A stretch of DNA of 62,586 nt, counting the filler. It is 10 parts of 10 records of this genome, joined end to end, with 100 filler letters (N's around TTAATTAATTAA, not from the genome) between each part and the next. Parts side by side here need not be neighbours in the genome. Positions count along the whole stretch, not along the records: positions 42,857 to 50,023 come from SRR31147125_63390; positions 50,124 to 56,868 come from SRR31147125_63413; positions 56,969 to 62,586 come from SRR31147125_63466; 7 more parts are not named here. One strand, written 5' to 3'. The first letter of the stretch is position 1. Each line of letters starts with the position of its first letter. Below the pieces are notes generated by a model that was not told the DNA's origin, ran no database searches, and saw only the letters and a program-made list of their open reading frames with translations. The position numbers were made by a program, and so were the translations under genes. Below are positions 46,001 to 57,154 of the stretch, one piece after another.

Positions 46001-48260
46001 ACAGTATTGACTTCATCGATGTGTGCGGACAGAACAAAAAGCTTCTGACCGGATTCGGCATCCCATACTATCACGGTTCCATCTTCACTGGCGGTAGCAA
46101 GACGCTTACCATCTGGAGTGAAAGTAACTTCATTGATGGTTTCAGAATGACCATACAGAGTGCGGACAACCTTGGCAGATTGAACGTTCCACACTCTTAC
46201 TATCCCACCACTGGCTGTGACTAAGTTTGTTCCATCTGGGCTGAAAACGACGTCTGAAACTAATTTGTTGGGATGATCAAGGCAGATTCTAATTTGTGAT
46301 GCCTGAATAGATCGATGTAGAGCATCTTCTGTCTGTTTTAATACATTTTTATTCGATGTATCAATGACTGAAACGGCATGAAGGGATAATAAAAGGCTAA
46401 GTTCCGGATCTTTATCTAAATTGTAGATCGCTGCTGCAATTAATTCTCGAGAAAAAGATTCTCTTCTTGCATTTTCTGCCTCAATGGTGCGAGAGTATGC
46501 TAAATAAGCTTGATCTTCTGCTCGCTTACGTTCCCTTTCAGCAATTTGCCTAGCAGTGTCAGCGTCTGCTTTTGCTTCTTCTGCTTGCTTTGCACGATCT
46601 GCTGCTATTTCAGCTTGTTGTTTAGCCATATTACGTTGAACAATAGAATTCTTTGAATGCAGAATAGCAATCTGTCTCTGATTCCATGCAAAAAGTGCAG
46701 CTATTATGGCTATAATGCCTAAAAATGCAAGTGCAACTATAAATCGACGCAGTCGCACTGCTGACTTCGCTTGTTCTTCAGCCCTTCGTTCTTGCTCCTT
46801 TGCTAATGCTTTCGCATGTTCTAGTTCACGTCGATGTGCTGCTTCTTTTTCTCGTTTGATTTTCTTTATATTGTTATCACTGGCTTTTATTAATGATTTT
46901 ATATCGTCACTATAACCTATTTTTGCTTTATCGAGTACCTTTACCCAACGCTTTGCTTCGAGTAGTTCTACTTCATCGAGCAAACCACCTGTAGCTTTGC
47001 CTAAACGTACCCATTCAACTACCCAAATATCTAAACATTTACGGGCTTGCTCTACTTCTTGTCGTTCGGATAACCATTTTTCATTAGAATCTTGGATTGG
47101 TTTGATAAACCTATCATGTGTTAACTCATACCATACCCCCCCTTTCTTCGTTCCGGTCGAATAATATGATAGTCAACAAGCAGATCAATCGCTTCGTTCT
47201 TAATATCACCAGTTTTTTCCTTACCTCTATAAACAGTTCCTCTCGTTCCTGCAGATGTAATTAACGCCTGTTCAAACCAGCTACGTAAATCTCCCTCCTT
47301 AACACTTGTTCTATTAATTGTATCGTTAATTGATTTCTCATAAAACATTGTTAGTGCTTGATCCACATCACCAAATACTTTAAGATGATCCTTTGTGATG
47401 GCAGTTACATCAGAAGGTAAATCTCTCCATAGGCTTTCACATACCACTTGAAGTTGAACAGGTTCTATGTATTCCCCTGGAACAGTTTCTATTTTGCCTT
47501 CAGAAGTTTCAACTCTTACATGAAGTAGATCAGTTATTAATGTTTCTGCAGCTTCATCTGAAATAGATAAATTTGTTTTTTTTAGAGGTTCTTTAATTGC
47601 TAACAAACCAGTTTTTTCTATCAAGCATTCTAATCGGAAACGATTTCTCAGCTTATTCGGGAAAAAAGTAGAGAATGGATCGACGAGCTGAGCCAAGAAA
47701 TCTTCTCTAATGGTGAAAATAACTCTTAAGAACAGATCCTTTTCAAGTGCTTGAACAACTTGGAGAATTAATTTCTTTCTGTCTTCCCATCGTTTATGAT
47801 AAGAAGTGAATAGCTCTTCAAACTGATCAAGAATAATAATACGAGGTAAAGATAATCCATCTTCGTCTTCTTTTCGTGGTCTATTCTCTAGAAAATCTTG
47901 AATAGATGTTTTTGTAAGCTCATCAAGTTTACTTTCTTCTCCTGCCCAACTTATTATAGCGTTATATGCATAAGGATTAGACACTTCATCTAGCTTTATA
48001 TCATCAGGGATTAAACCACGAACTCTTGTTATAGGTAAAACATCAAAACCTTCTTCATCTAAAGCTGGGATTAAACCTGCATTAATAAGTGAAGTTTTTC
48101 CGGCACCAGATTGGGAATAAAGAACAAGAACGCGGTAAGAAATGATGAGCGATATAATTTCATCTATCTCCCGCTTCCGACCAAAGAAAATTTCCTTATG
48201 CTGACTTTCAAAAGGACGGGGACCAACATATGGAACATGTTCTTTTAATTTATTAGTCAT
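43090..48260 (-). CDS. nSTAND1-type NTPase, TM, 14x WD40, TPR protein (~1720 aa), split by frameshift at G7 (47136-47142)
   Basis: PYVGPRPF, VLYSQSGAGKTSLINAGLIP, IILDQFEELFT. Adding one G restores WYELTHD and reads in frame into the 43090-46983 ORF, which has a TM helix, 14 xSPDG-type WD40 units and TPR helices. Confidence 0.88.
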
Positions 48261-49116
48261 GAGAATATTTCCTCCATCTATTCTTTAACTCACTAACAAA
48301 TTCTTCGGCAGTGCCCCAGTATACTTTCATATTCATTTCATCAAAATATTTATCAAGGTACTCTCTTAATTCTTCTTGCTCTGGGGGAAGTTGAACAGTA
48401 ACACTAATCCGACGAAGACTTTTTTCTCCAGATGCAACAAGTCCTCTAAAAAGAACTCTAAAATCCCAATCTTCAAGTTTATACCCGATGAACATAAGAG
48501 AAGCTCCGTTTAGAGCTTTTTGGATACGAAACGGAATTAATTCAGGATCGTGTGAAATGTTAACAAGAAAATCTAAATAGTCATCCTCAGTTAAAACCAT
48601 TGATTCTATTACTTCAGTTGTGCCATGTAGATGAAATACGACAGGGTTCGCTGGTGAAGGATCAAAATCGGAATCAAATATAGATCCCTGGGCCTTAATT
48701 ATTTTATTCCAAAGACACAATTCTCGTTTGGGATCTTTTTTCTTCATTTTTAGTGCTTGTATCATAAAGTCATCATAGTTTGTCGTCATATAAATAGGTA
48801 AAGGAAGTTCTGAAAGGACAGTATGAGGTTCATCAGAATTATCAAAGTCAGGTGGCATTACATTTTCAAACAATTCAACAATCTCTTCTTTGGGAAACAT
48901 ATGGTCTTTTTTTACTGCGAGAAATTGAGCTACACGGACAAGATCATTACAATCCTTGATTGGATACTTATATTCTTTCGTCCATTTTTGTGCAATTTCA
49001 GCTCCTAATGGTAGTATGCCAGAACAAACACCAGCTCCAAGAAATGGCGTGCATTTCCCTTTATTAATACGCTTTAAAAGAATTCTCCAATCTTCTTCCA
49101 TTAATGTATATGACAT
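48253..49116 (-). CDS. SIR2-like (SIR2_2) domain protein
   Basis: PFLGAG, YMTTNYDD, VFHLHG, LMFIGYKLEDWDFR; overlaps the STAND start by 8 nt. Confidence 0.88.
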   Translation of the reverse strand: MSYTLMEEDWRILLKRINKGKCTPFLGAGVCSGILPLGAEIAQKWTKEYKYPIKDCNDLVRVAQFLAVKKDHMFPKEEIVELFENVMPPDFDNSDEPHTVLSELPLPIYMTTNYDDFMIQALKMKKKDPKRELCLWNKIIKAQGSIFDSDFDPSPANPVVFHLHGTTEVIESMVLTEDDYLDFLVNISHDPELIPFRIQKALNGASLMFIGYKLEDWDFRVLFRGLVASGEKSLRRISVTVQLPPEQEELREYLDKYFDEMNMKVYWGTAEEFVSELKNRWRKYSHD

Positions 49117-49164
49117 ATCAAACCTCCCAAAATTTTTTTATATACTAATTACATCTTGTCAATA

Positions 49165-49827
49165 CTATTTTCTTTCTAATGCATCAAGGATTAAATGAAG
49201 CAATTCATCAGGACGATTAGTAATGCCAAAAGATTTAGCAGGAACACCTTTTTTAAAATCAATCACGCCTACGTAAAAAATAACAGGTGTTTTGTTATTT
49301 AACATCCTGTATTCATTTAAAAAACTTAGACCTACATCCTGCTGATTACTCCTTTTCATATCTGATATCACGATGTCATACTGACTATTTTTTAAAATAC
49401 TAAGCGCCTCTTTAGTATTTTTAGCCATGCCAATTTCGACATTTAGCTGCCGGAACATTTTTCGTTCGTTAAGATTGTTCTCAGGATGATCATCAAGCCA
49501 GAGAATCTGCACATTCCGTAGAATCTTTTTATGTTGAATTACTCGATTGATAGTTCTTTCTTTATCCTCAATTGGAACAAACACATTCCATTTTGTTGAT
49601 TTATCTGCCACTTCGATTTCTGAGTCATGCTCCTTTGCTTTGTCTATAGCTGCATCAAAAGATTCTTTTATAAAAGAAAATTCCATTCCCATAGCTTTAA
49701 ATACATGTAAATTTGGTAATAATTAATTTCTTATAGTTTTATAGAAGATTATCAATACAATAATAGCAAAGACAACCCAGAAAATTGACGGTAGAATTTT
49801 TATTAATTCTACAAATATATCTTCCAT
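49165..49827 (-). pseudogene. Membrane-anchored receiver-domain protein with in-frame TAA at 49723-49725
   Basis: ATG 49827 MEDIFVELIKILPSIFWVVFAIIVLIIFYKTIRN*LLPNL... is in frame with the track ORF (ILWLDDHPENN, IVISDM, PVIFY). Confidence 0.65.
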
Positions 49828-50123
49828 CTTATCTTTTCCAATTTTAAGTGTGCGTACATGTAATTATCTAAAAACAGAATTTTTTTTAAATTTTAATCAA
49901 CTAAGAAATTGACCAATCGAATTTATTTTAATCCTAAATATATCTAACATTTAGGATTTTATCCATAGTTAAGCGCCAAAAAAACTGCCGATGTATAGCA
50001 AGAAAAACGAGTTACAAATATTANNNNNNNNNNNNNNNNNNNNNNNNNNNNNNNNNNNNNNNNNNNNTTAATTAATTAANNNNNNNNNNNNNNNNNNNNN
50101 NNNNNNNNNNNNNNNNNNNNNNN

Positions 50124-51133
50124 TGGTGCATAAGCCATTTTTGCCAGAATATTGATCATATAAATCACGGTAATATCATTCATCCCTGGTAGATATAGCA
50201 ACATAAAGAATAAGCCAGAAATTATGGAACTTGCGAGAAAAACATTCCGTTTTCCATATCTCTTAGCCAATGGCTTTGAAAAAGGGATGGCCACAATTAG
50301 CGCAACTGTTCCAATAACATTGAAAAGCTGAACATTCTCTTCCCTTCCGATATAATATTTAAAATAGTAAGCAATTGAAAGGTTTTGCATGGCAAACATG
50401 ACAAAGGAAATAATACCAACAAAAAAAGGATCACCCAAGGTTGGTTCTTGAACAGGTTACGAAAATCCTCTTTTAATGATTCCTTCTGTTCTATTGGGGG
50501 CTGAACACGCTCTCTTGTTGTTTTAAAAGTGATTATAAACAGTATAAAACTAATCAGGCCAAAAAGAATTAGGGTGTATTGATAACCTTTTGCCGTATCC
50601 CCTTTCCCAAAATATAGGGCTAGCGAAAGAGCAGTTCCTGAAACAATGAGCTGCCCGATAAATGCAAAAATAAAACGATACGAATTTAATCCTGCCCTTT
50701 CATAAGAATCTGAGGTCATAACTGCTCCCAGCGAAGAATAAGGTAAATTAATGGCCGTAAACACAGTCATTAAAAGAAAATATGTAACACCTGCATAGAT
50801 TACCTTGCCACTCTGCCCAAAATTAGGAGTTGTAAAAGTTAGCACAGCAAGAATACTGTATGGCAATGCCATCCAAAGAATGTATGGCCTAAATTTGCCC
50901 CAACGGGTTTTGGTACGGTCTGCAATAATGCCCATAACTGGATCACTGATCATATCCCAAGCACGGGCAATCAACATAATTGTACCAGCTGCTGCTGCCG
51001 AAATACCAAATGTGTCGGTATAAAAAATCAGAATCCAGAAACCAACCATATCCCAAACAAAATGAGATGCAGTATCACCCAAACTATATCCGACCTTCTC
51101 TTTTAATGATAGTTTTGTATTCAGCTTGTTCAT
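50124..51133 (-). CDS. GPH family (MFS) glycoside/cation symporter, frameshift at A7 (50421-50427), 3'-truncated
   Basis: EKVGYSLGD, DPVMGIIADRTKTRWGKFRPY, INLPYSSL. Confidence 0.9.
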
Positions 51134-51167
51134 TAATGATTGATTTTGGGTTCTGTATCTGGTTTTT

Positions 51168-52613
51168 CTATTCTTCTCCCTGATGATGCACTTTTCCCCT
51201 GCGTGCTATTAAAGCGTCTCTTATTTCATGGGCTTTTTCTTCAGTAATATCGTATTTCCAAACAAGCACAACTGCCATTAATGCAGTTACAATTGGAATA
51301 ATAATGTCTGCTATTCTTAGTTTGATCATGGTCTCAGCTGTTTGGCTTACAGAGCCTTCATCAAAGCCAACCATACTCAATACAATACCACTAATCAAGA
51401 TAGCTACTGCCTGTCCCAGTTTCACCATCCACCAGTAAACGGCTCCAAAAGTTCCTTCACGACGGGTACCCGTATTCAATTCATCAAGATCGCAAACATC
51501 AGCGGTCATTGACATCATCAAGGTAAACAAGCCTCCGATACCAAATGAAAGTAAGGGGATGGGCATAAAGATTAACCATGGGCTCGCTCCGCTAAACCCC
51601 CACCATTTCAATCCATAACCTATAATTGAAATTAGTGTTGAAATTATAAATGCCTTTCTTTTCCCAATTTTTTCAGAAATAAGAGTTACTATTGGAATTA
51701 CCAGAAATGCTGTTGCTATTGCACTTACCGTTCCGAACCATGCAGGCCAACCACCTGCAGCAGCGGTATCTCCATTAAACATGTGATAAACAATAATAAA
51801 GAAGGCAAACTGGGCAATGGTCTGAAAACCATTGAATACAAAAAATGTAGCTCCACAGAGCTTACGAAATGGCTTACAAGCAATGGTTTGCTTAATTCCT
51901 TTGAAAAACTGTTTTGTATTTGCAGATAGCTCTTTCCATGTAAATCGAGCCATCTTACTTTTATCCGGAACAATTAATTCGTTATTGAATAACGCAGGCA
52001 TTATTCCTAGTATCATACAAAGTGTGCCAACCCATATTGCCAGATTTTTTGCCCCTTCAGGAGCTGACGGGTAAATATTTTGATTGTATATTATAACCCA
52101 AAACCAAGGGGCAATCATCCAGGCAATTTGGCCCATAAACTGCGACACAGCCATTAATCGGGTACGTTCATTATAATCAGGGGTCATTTCGTAACCCAAG
52201 CCAATTAAAGGAGTAGCAAAAATGGTGTAACCCAGATAAAAAATGATTGAAAAAATTAGAAAATAGAAGAAATTGTACATTACGGTATTCTCCGGATTTA
52301 ACTGCCACATGCCCATGTAGCTCACTCCAGCTATTACAGCACCAAGAAAAATGTAAGGTTTTCGGCGTCCCCACTTCGAGTTCGTGTTATCCGACACATA
52401 TCCCATAATTGGATCAGTAAGTGCATCAAGCAAGCGGGGCAAAGCCCCAAGTACACCTGCCAAAACCGGGCTCATATTAAGCGCCATCACCAAAACAACC
52501 ATAAAGACACCCAAAGCAGCCGGGAATAATTGATTTGCAAGATGTCCGGATCCAAATGCTATCTTTTCACCGAAAGGAACAATGTCTTCTTTGGCTGTTT
52601 TGTAATGTACCAT
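51168..52613 (-). CDS. GPH family (MFS) sugar transporter
   Basis: DALTDPIMGYVSDNTNSKWGRRKPY, EMTPDYNERT, RREGTFGA. Confidence 0.92.
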   Translation of the reverse strand: MVHYKTAKEDIVPFGEKIAFGSGHLANQLFPAALGVFMVVLVMALNMSPVLAGVLGALPRLLDALTDPIMGYVSDNTNSKWGRRKPYIFLGAVIAGVSYMGMWQLNPENTVMYNFFYFLIFSIIFYLGYTIFATPLIGLGYEMTPDYNERTRLMAVSQFMGQIAWMIAPWFWVIIYNQNIYPSAPEGAKNLAIWVGTLCMILGIMPALFNNELIVPDKSKMARFTWKELSANTKQFFKGIKQTIACKPFRKLCGATFFVFNGFQTIAQFAFFIIVYHMFNGDTAAAGGWPAWFGTVSAIATAFLVIPIVTLISEKIGKRKAFIISTLISIIGYGLKWWGFSGASPWLIFMPIPLLSFGIGGLFTLMMSMTADVCDLDELNTGTRREGTFGAVYWWMVKLGQAVAILISGIVLSMVGFDEGSVSQTAETMIKLRIADIIIPIVTALMAVVLVWKYDITEEKAHEIRDALIARRGKVHHQGEE

Positions 52614-52649
52614 AAGTCACAATTTGAAATTATAAGTTTTTGCATGTTT

Positions 52650-53594
52650 TTATTTCATTATTTCCTTCATCACTTTCTTAGGTTTCCTGTCAACAGTAAA
52701 TAATCCCCAATGCTTTTCAGGTTCCAATTCTTCAGTCGATCCTTTCCAGGGTTCATCAAAAGCTTCAAAAACAAATGTTGGAACCCCTTCCTTTGTGCTC
52801 CAGTTTAACAGTTCGTTATAATATATTTCCTGAAAATCTTCACTTACATTTTCTGGCTTAATCCCTCTTCCATTTGAGTTTGTCGCCCAGCCAGCTTCTG
52901 CGATAATCACCGGCTTATCCGGATATTTCTCAGCTACCCTGTAATAATTTTTCTTCGTATACTCTAAGGCCTCAAATATGTATTTGTACTCCCAAACGGG
53001 ATATGTATGTATCGATATAAAATCCAATTCTCTCACAAGTGGTTCCAATTTGGTATGCCAGGGTACGTAGTTTTCACAGAAGGTAACTGGTTGCTTAACC
53101 TCATTTCTTACCATTCTTGCATATTCAATAACACTTTCTACCGAAACAAAATGATCAGACCATTCAACAGTTGCCTCATTACCAACTGAAAGTGAAAAAA
53201 TAATATCAGGATACTGGGTTGCCAGTTTCATCAATTTCTGTACAGAAATTACATTTTCCTGTTTATTCCTTATCAATTTCTCTTCGGGGTAAATGCCTCC
53301 CCATGGACAAGCAAAATTGTTCATCTCAGCCCCAATGTATGCTCCAAGCATTATCTTAAAACCTAGTTTTTCTTTTTGAATAATTTCCAGCACAAGTTCA
53401 GCATGCGGGGTACAGTCATATAAGCGAAGATATTCCCAATGTCCATGAAGAATCATCAAGTCCTCTTTGATTTGTTCATAAGAAGGATATATGCCCAAAT
53501 CTGGACTTTGCCCCTGCCGATATCCAGAATAACAAATTGCTTTACCAGGATCGATGCCAAGAGATTTAAATATTTCGTTTTTTCTATTTCCCAT
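52650..53594 (-). CDS. Glycoside hydrolase family 17
   Basis: AICYSGYR, LRLY, SVGNE (acid/base), IAEAGW (nucleophile), FEAFDEPWK, EKHWGLF. Confidence 0.9.
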   Translation of the reverse strand: MGNRKNEIFKSLGIDPGKAICYSGYRQGQSPDLGIYPSYEQIKEDLMILHGHWEYLRLYDCTPHAELVLEIIQKEKLGFKIMLGAYIGAEMNNFACPWGGIYPEEKLIRNKQENVISVQKLMKLATQYPDIIFSLSVGNEATVEWSDHFVSVESVIEYARMVRNEVKQPVTFCENYVPWHTKLEPLVRELDFISIHTYPVWEYKYIFEALEYTKKNYYRVAEKYPDKPVIIAEAGWATNSNGRGIKPENVSEDFQEIYYNELLNWSTKEGVPTFVFEAFDEPWKGSTEELEPEKHWGLFTVDRKPKKVMKEIMK

Positions 53595-54474
53595 ACTTCA
53601 ACTTTCCGTCTTTGTCCCAAATTCCCCAGTAAGCACCAACATCACCTTCAACATCTACTTTCCACAATTCATCAAAAGAAGAAAAATAAAACATGTCAAT
53701 CTGATCTTCAGCGCTCCACAACTGAGCATTGATAAAATACTTCATGGCATTTAAAAAAGAAGGGCGGGCATCTTCAAAAGAAGTTCCCAGGTTAGGCCAG
53801 CCTGTTTCGGTTATAATCACATTCTTATCCTTTGAAACATCAACTACTTTACGATACATGTCTCTCATATATAATAACGAATAATCGATGTGACAACCTT
53901 CCCAAAAAGGATAGCAATTTGCGTAAAGAACATCGCAGGTCTCAACAATGCCCGGCCTGTCACAAAACTCATAATAGGCATCTACATAACCAACAGGGAT
54001 ATTTGGCAACTGCCTTTTAACCTTCTTGATATATGAGATAAGTTCTTCTTCATTCATGTCATCCCTGTACAATACTTCATTGCCAACTGCAACTAAATCT
54101 GTAAAACCCTCCTTTGCAAGCGCTAGCAGGTTTTTAATTTCTTCTTCATTCGTCTCATGACTATCGCCCAGCCAAGCACCAACCATTGTTTTAAGCCCCA
54201 TTTCCTTTGCTATTTTGGGAATTAGCTCATTGCCTTCAGTACAGGAAAATGTTCTAATCCATTTAGTTAAGGGCCTGATTATTTCAAGCCTTTCACGGAT
54301 TTGCTCTTCGGTAATTAATGCTCCCGGTTCCTGATCTGCTAAATATGGGCTAAAACATAAACCATGAGTCCCTTTCTTCAATAACTCCAGGAACATGATT
54401 TTTAATTCATCTTCTGTTCTTTGGGAAAAATCATTCCCTATCAACGACATAACATATTCACTCCTAAAAGACAT
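53584..54474 (-). CDS. Glycoside hydrolase family 17
   Basis: CFSPY, IRTFS, AVGNE, NCYPFWE, ITETGWP, FSSFDE.WK, WGIW. Confidence 0.9.
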   Translation of the reverse strand: MSFRSEYVMSLIGNDFSQRTEDELKIMFLELLKKGTHGLCFSPYLADQEPGALITEEQIRERLEIIRPLTKWIRTFSCTEGNELIPKIAKEMGLKTMVGAWLGDSHETNEEEIKNLLALAKEGFTDLVAVGNEVLYRDDMNEEELISYIKKVKRQLPNIPVGYVDAYYEFCDRPGIVETCDVLYANCYPFWEGCHIDYSLLYMRDMYRKVVDVSKDKNVIITETGWPNLGTSFEDARPSFLNAMKYFINAQLWSAEDQIDMFYFSSFDELWKVDVEGDVGAYWGIWDKDGKLKYGK

Positions 54475-54514
54475 TGTATATTCCTTTTAATGGTTTAGTT
54501 ATCAATTCTATTTG

Positions 54515-56868
54515 TCACTCACTATTGAATGAAACCTCAATTTGTTTAATGCTACCATCTCTTATAAAAAGCTTCCTGCTAATTTCTTCGTTAAGCATGT
54601 GCCCTTTATGTTTCTGCTGAGTTCCATCCTGAAATTTCACTGTAATATTCTCCCCAGACAAGAAGTTGTAGATCACCGGTACCTGACAAAAAGTGAAGGC
54701 CAATTGTCCCGGCAATAACTCAATATCAAGCTTCTCTCCTTTTGAATTATAATAGTTGAATAAAGCATTATGATTCAACACCTCTTCATGACTCAATAGT
54801 GAGGTATTAAATGATAGTAGTCCATTTTCAACATGAACACCCAGCTCTCTCATCCTGGAGATGAAGTCCTCTTTAACCTGTCCTGTCATTCCGGGTTGTT
54901 TGGCCCCACCGGTTGAAGGGGTGTGCGAGTAGGCATCTGTTGGGAACGCACCATAAAGATCCGGAGATTTGTACAAGCCGATACCTGCTTTTATTTCATA
55001 ATAATGATCTTTAATCTTGCCGATTACCTGCAAATCAGCCCCTTGCTCAATTCCATTGAAATAACATTCTTGTGCAGCCAGCAAAAGTTTTGAGACCATA
55101 TGCCAATAAATACATCCCAGACCTTCGTAACCATAGAATGTTCCCGACCTTCCTGTGAAAGACTGATGATCAAAAACTTCTTCATAAATATTCAGCAACA
55201 ATTCTGTTTCATCATCTACAAGGCTTTTATACTGCGGGTTTAAATTTTGGAGCTGAATCTTCAATACATCAGCATTCCTTATTACTCCGTTAAAATGAAA
55301 ATTCCCGGATTGATCTTCTGTTAATATGGAGGTGTTTTTATCTGATATTAATTTTTGCAAGAGCCTTGAATTTCTAAGGCTATCCTTTGGGATAATGTTT
55401 TTATCAACAAACCTTGCGAGCTCACGATCCGGATAAAGCAAATAACTGTATTGATCTCGTTGGAACAATTGGCTCCATTTAAGTGAATTCAAAACATCAA
55501 GACTTTCCTGAGCCGATAAATATCCAGAACTAAGGACAGCCACCTGCCCCTCAAGCATTTCATATAAATGCCTGATTGAAATACCTTCATCATTAAATGA
55601 GATTAGGTTATAAGCATGATACATTCCATTTTCACATTTATTTGTGCGAATGGATTGATCCATATATTCAAGAGAAAGTTTTGTAAAATCATGCAATTCG
55701 GTTAGACTGATTGTTTCCTTTCTTCCTGAAAAAGAATTCTGATATATTTTTTCGATAACGTGTACCAGCATTTCCTAGTTGAGTGGCGAAGTAAAGTCTT
55801 TGATGATCTGAAAAGCCATCCTTCAACTGTTCCTTCTTCTCGGAGAAGACAGTAAAAATATCATCGAACAAAACCTTAACTTCCTCTGAAATTGATAGAT
55901 CTGATATTGGACTATTTTTAAACTGTTTTGTCCAAAAACTTAAAAAGCGCCTCAGGTAGTACAATGTAACCATAGATGCCCCACTTCCAACCAGCGCATT
56001 GTTGGCATCGTTCCATTCAGGGCGTTGAGTATTTAACCAGATTCCAGCCTCGGGAATAAAATTACTTAATTTTGCAAGTAAGCTTATCAATACTTTTTCA
56101 GCTAGGTTAACATGGCAAAGCTGATCGTCCCCTTTTCTCAACAACCGGGCATCTGTTCCTATTTCTTGAAGCAATTCTTCAATTTGCTCATTTAAATGGT
56201 GGTCAAATTCGATAGTGTCCTGAGGGTTTTTAACCATATCTCCAAACGACTTAATTCTGTAGGGAACATTGGCAAAAGCAAAAATTTCCTTTTCCAATAG
56301 TTTTTGCAGTTTCCCAGGATGATACGCATTTGAAAGCTCCAAAAACTTTTGTAAATAAATAATTTGGTGATCGCCCCAGTAACCAATATATATCCACGGA
56401 TCTTCAGGGTCAGGGCTTTCCCAATCAATACCATCCCTGCTAATCCGATAAGGGTTATAACCATCGGCAGTAGACGCATTTAAAAACTTAGCAATCATAC
56501 CTTCCAAATACTCTGGGAAAGAAAGGCTCAAAGCTTCCCAGTTCTGAAATATATCGCGCCAGTTTCCCTGATAATTGTACTTTACCGTTCCATTTTCATT
56601 TTTTGTTTCAATAGCGAATAAGTTCCATGGTCGGCTAGGATCGCCATGCCTTCGGCTAAAGGTCAATGGGAAATACTCTCCACAAATTCTTATCAGGTCA
56701 GGATTCCCATTTTGCTCTGCCAGATCAGTCAGCCTCATATAGGAAATTACTTTCGGGAGTTTTTCCAACCAGGAAGCGTATTGCCTTGCTAAAGTCTTAT
56801 TCGTTTCCCCAACGAACTGTATAAAATCGGTTACATCAAGCTGGTATTCATTAATAAAAATTCCTCCC
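54515..56868 (-). CDS. GH149-like beta-1,3-glucan phosphorylase, 5'-truncated, frameshift near 55750
   Basis: FSRRHGDPSRPWN, GNWRDIFQNWEAL, QRPEWNDANNAL, YEGLGCIYWHM, QPGMTGQVKED; frame open to contig end; next to GH17 genes. Confidence 0.78.
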
Positions 56869-57154
56869 NNNNNNNNNNNNNNNNNNNNNNNNNNNNNNNN
56901 NNNNNNNNNNNNTTAATTAATTAANNNNNNNNNNNNNNNNNNNNNNNNNNNNNNNNNNNNNNNNNNNNTCCGGTGAATATCTGTCCAGGTACTTATACTT
57001 CAATGATTATTTTTGCTGACACTCATCCAACATGGAAATCGGGTATAATCATTTTGGAGAAATCACCTAAGTTCAAACAATGGATGCAGGAACGCTTATC
57101 AGAAAAGGTGTCTCACTATAGGGTCAAGGGATTTGGTACCCCTTTTTTGCATTT

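Noticed and set aside
44500-46300. WD40 region as a DGR or hypervariable near-identical DNA repeat array
   Set aside because: Units are clearly diverged at the DNA level apart from short motifs, with no adenine-specific pattern and no reverse transcriptase.
56969-57020. Possible IS1595-like transposase C-terminus (SGEYLSRYLYFNDYFC*)
   Set aside because: Only 16 codons and no identifiable terminal repeat.
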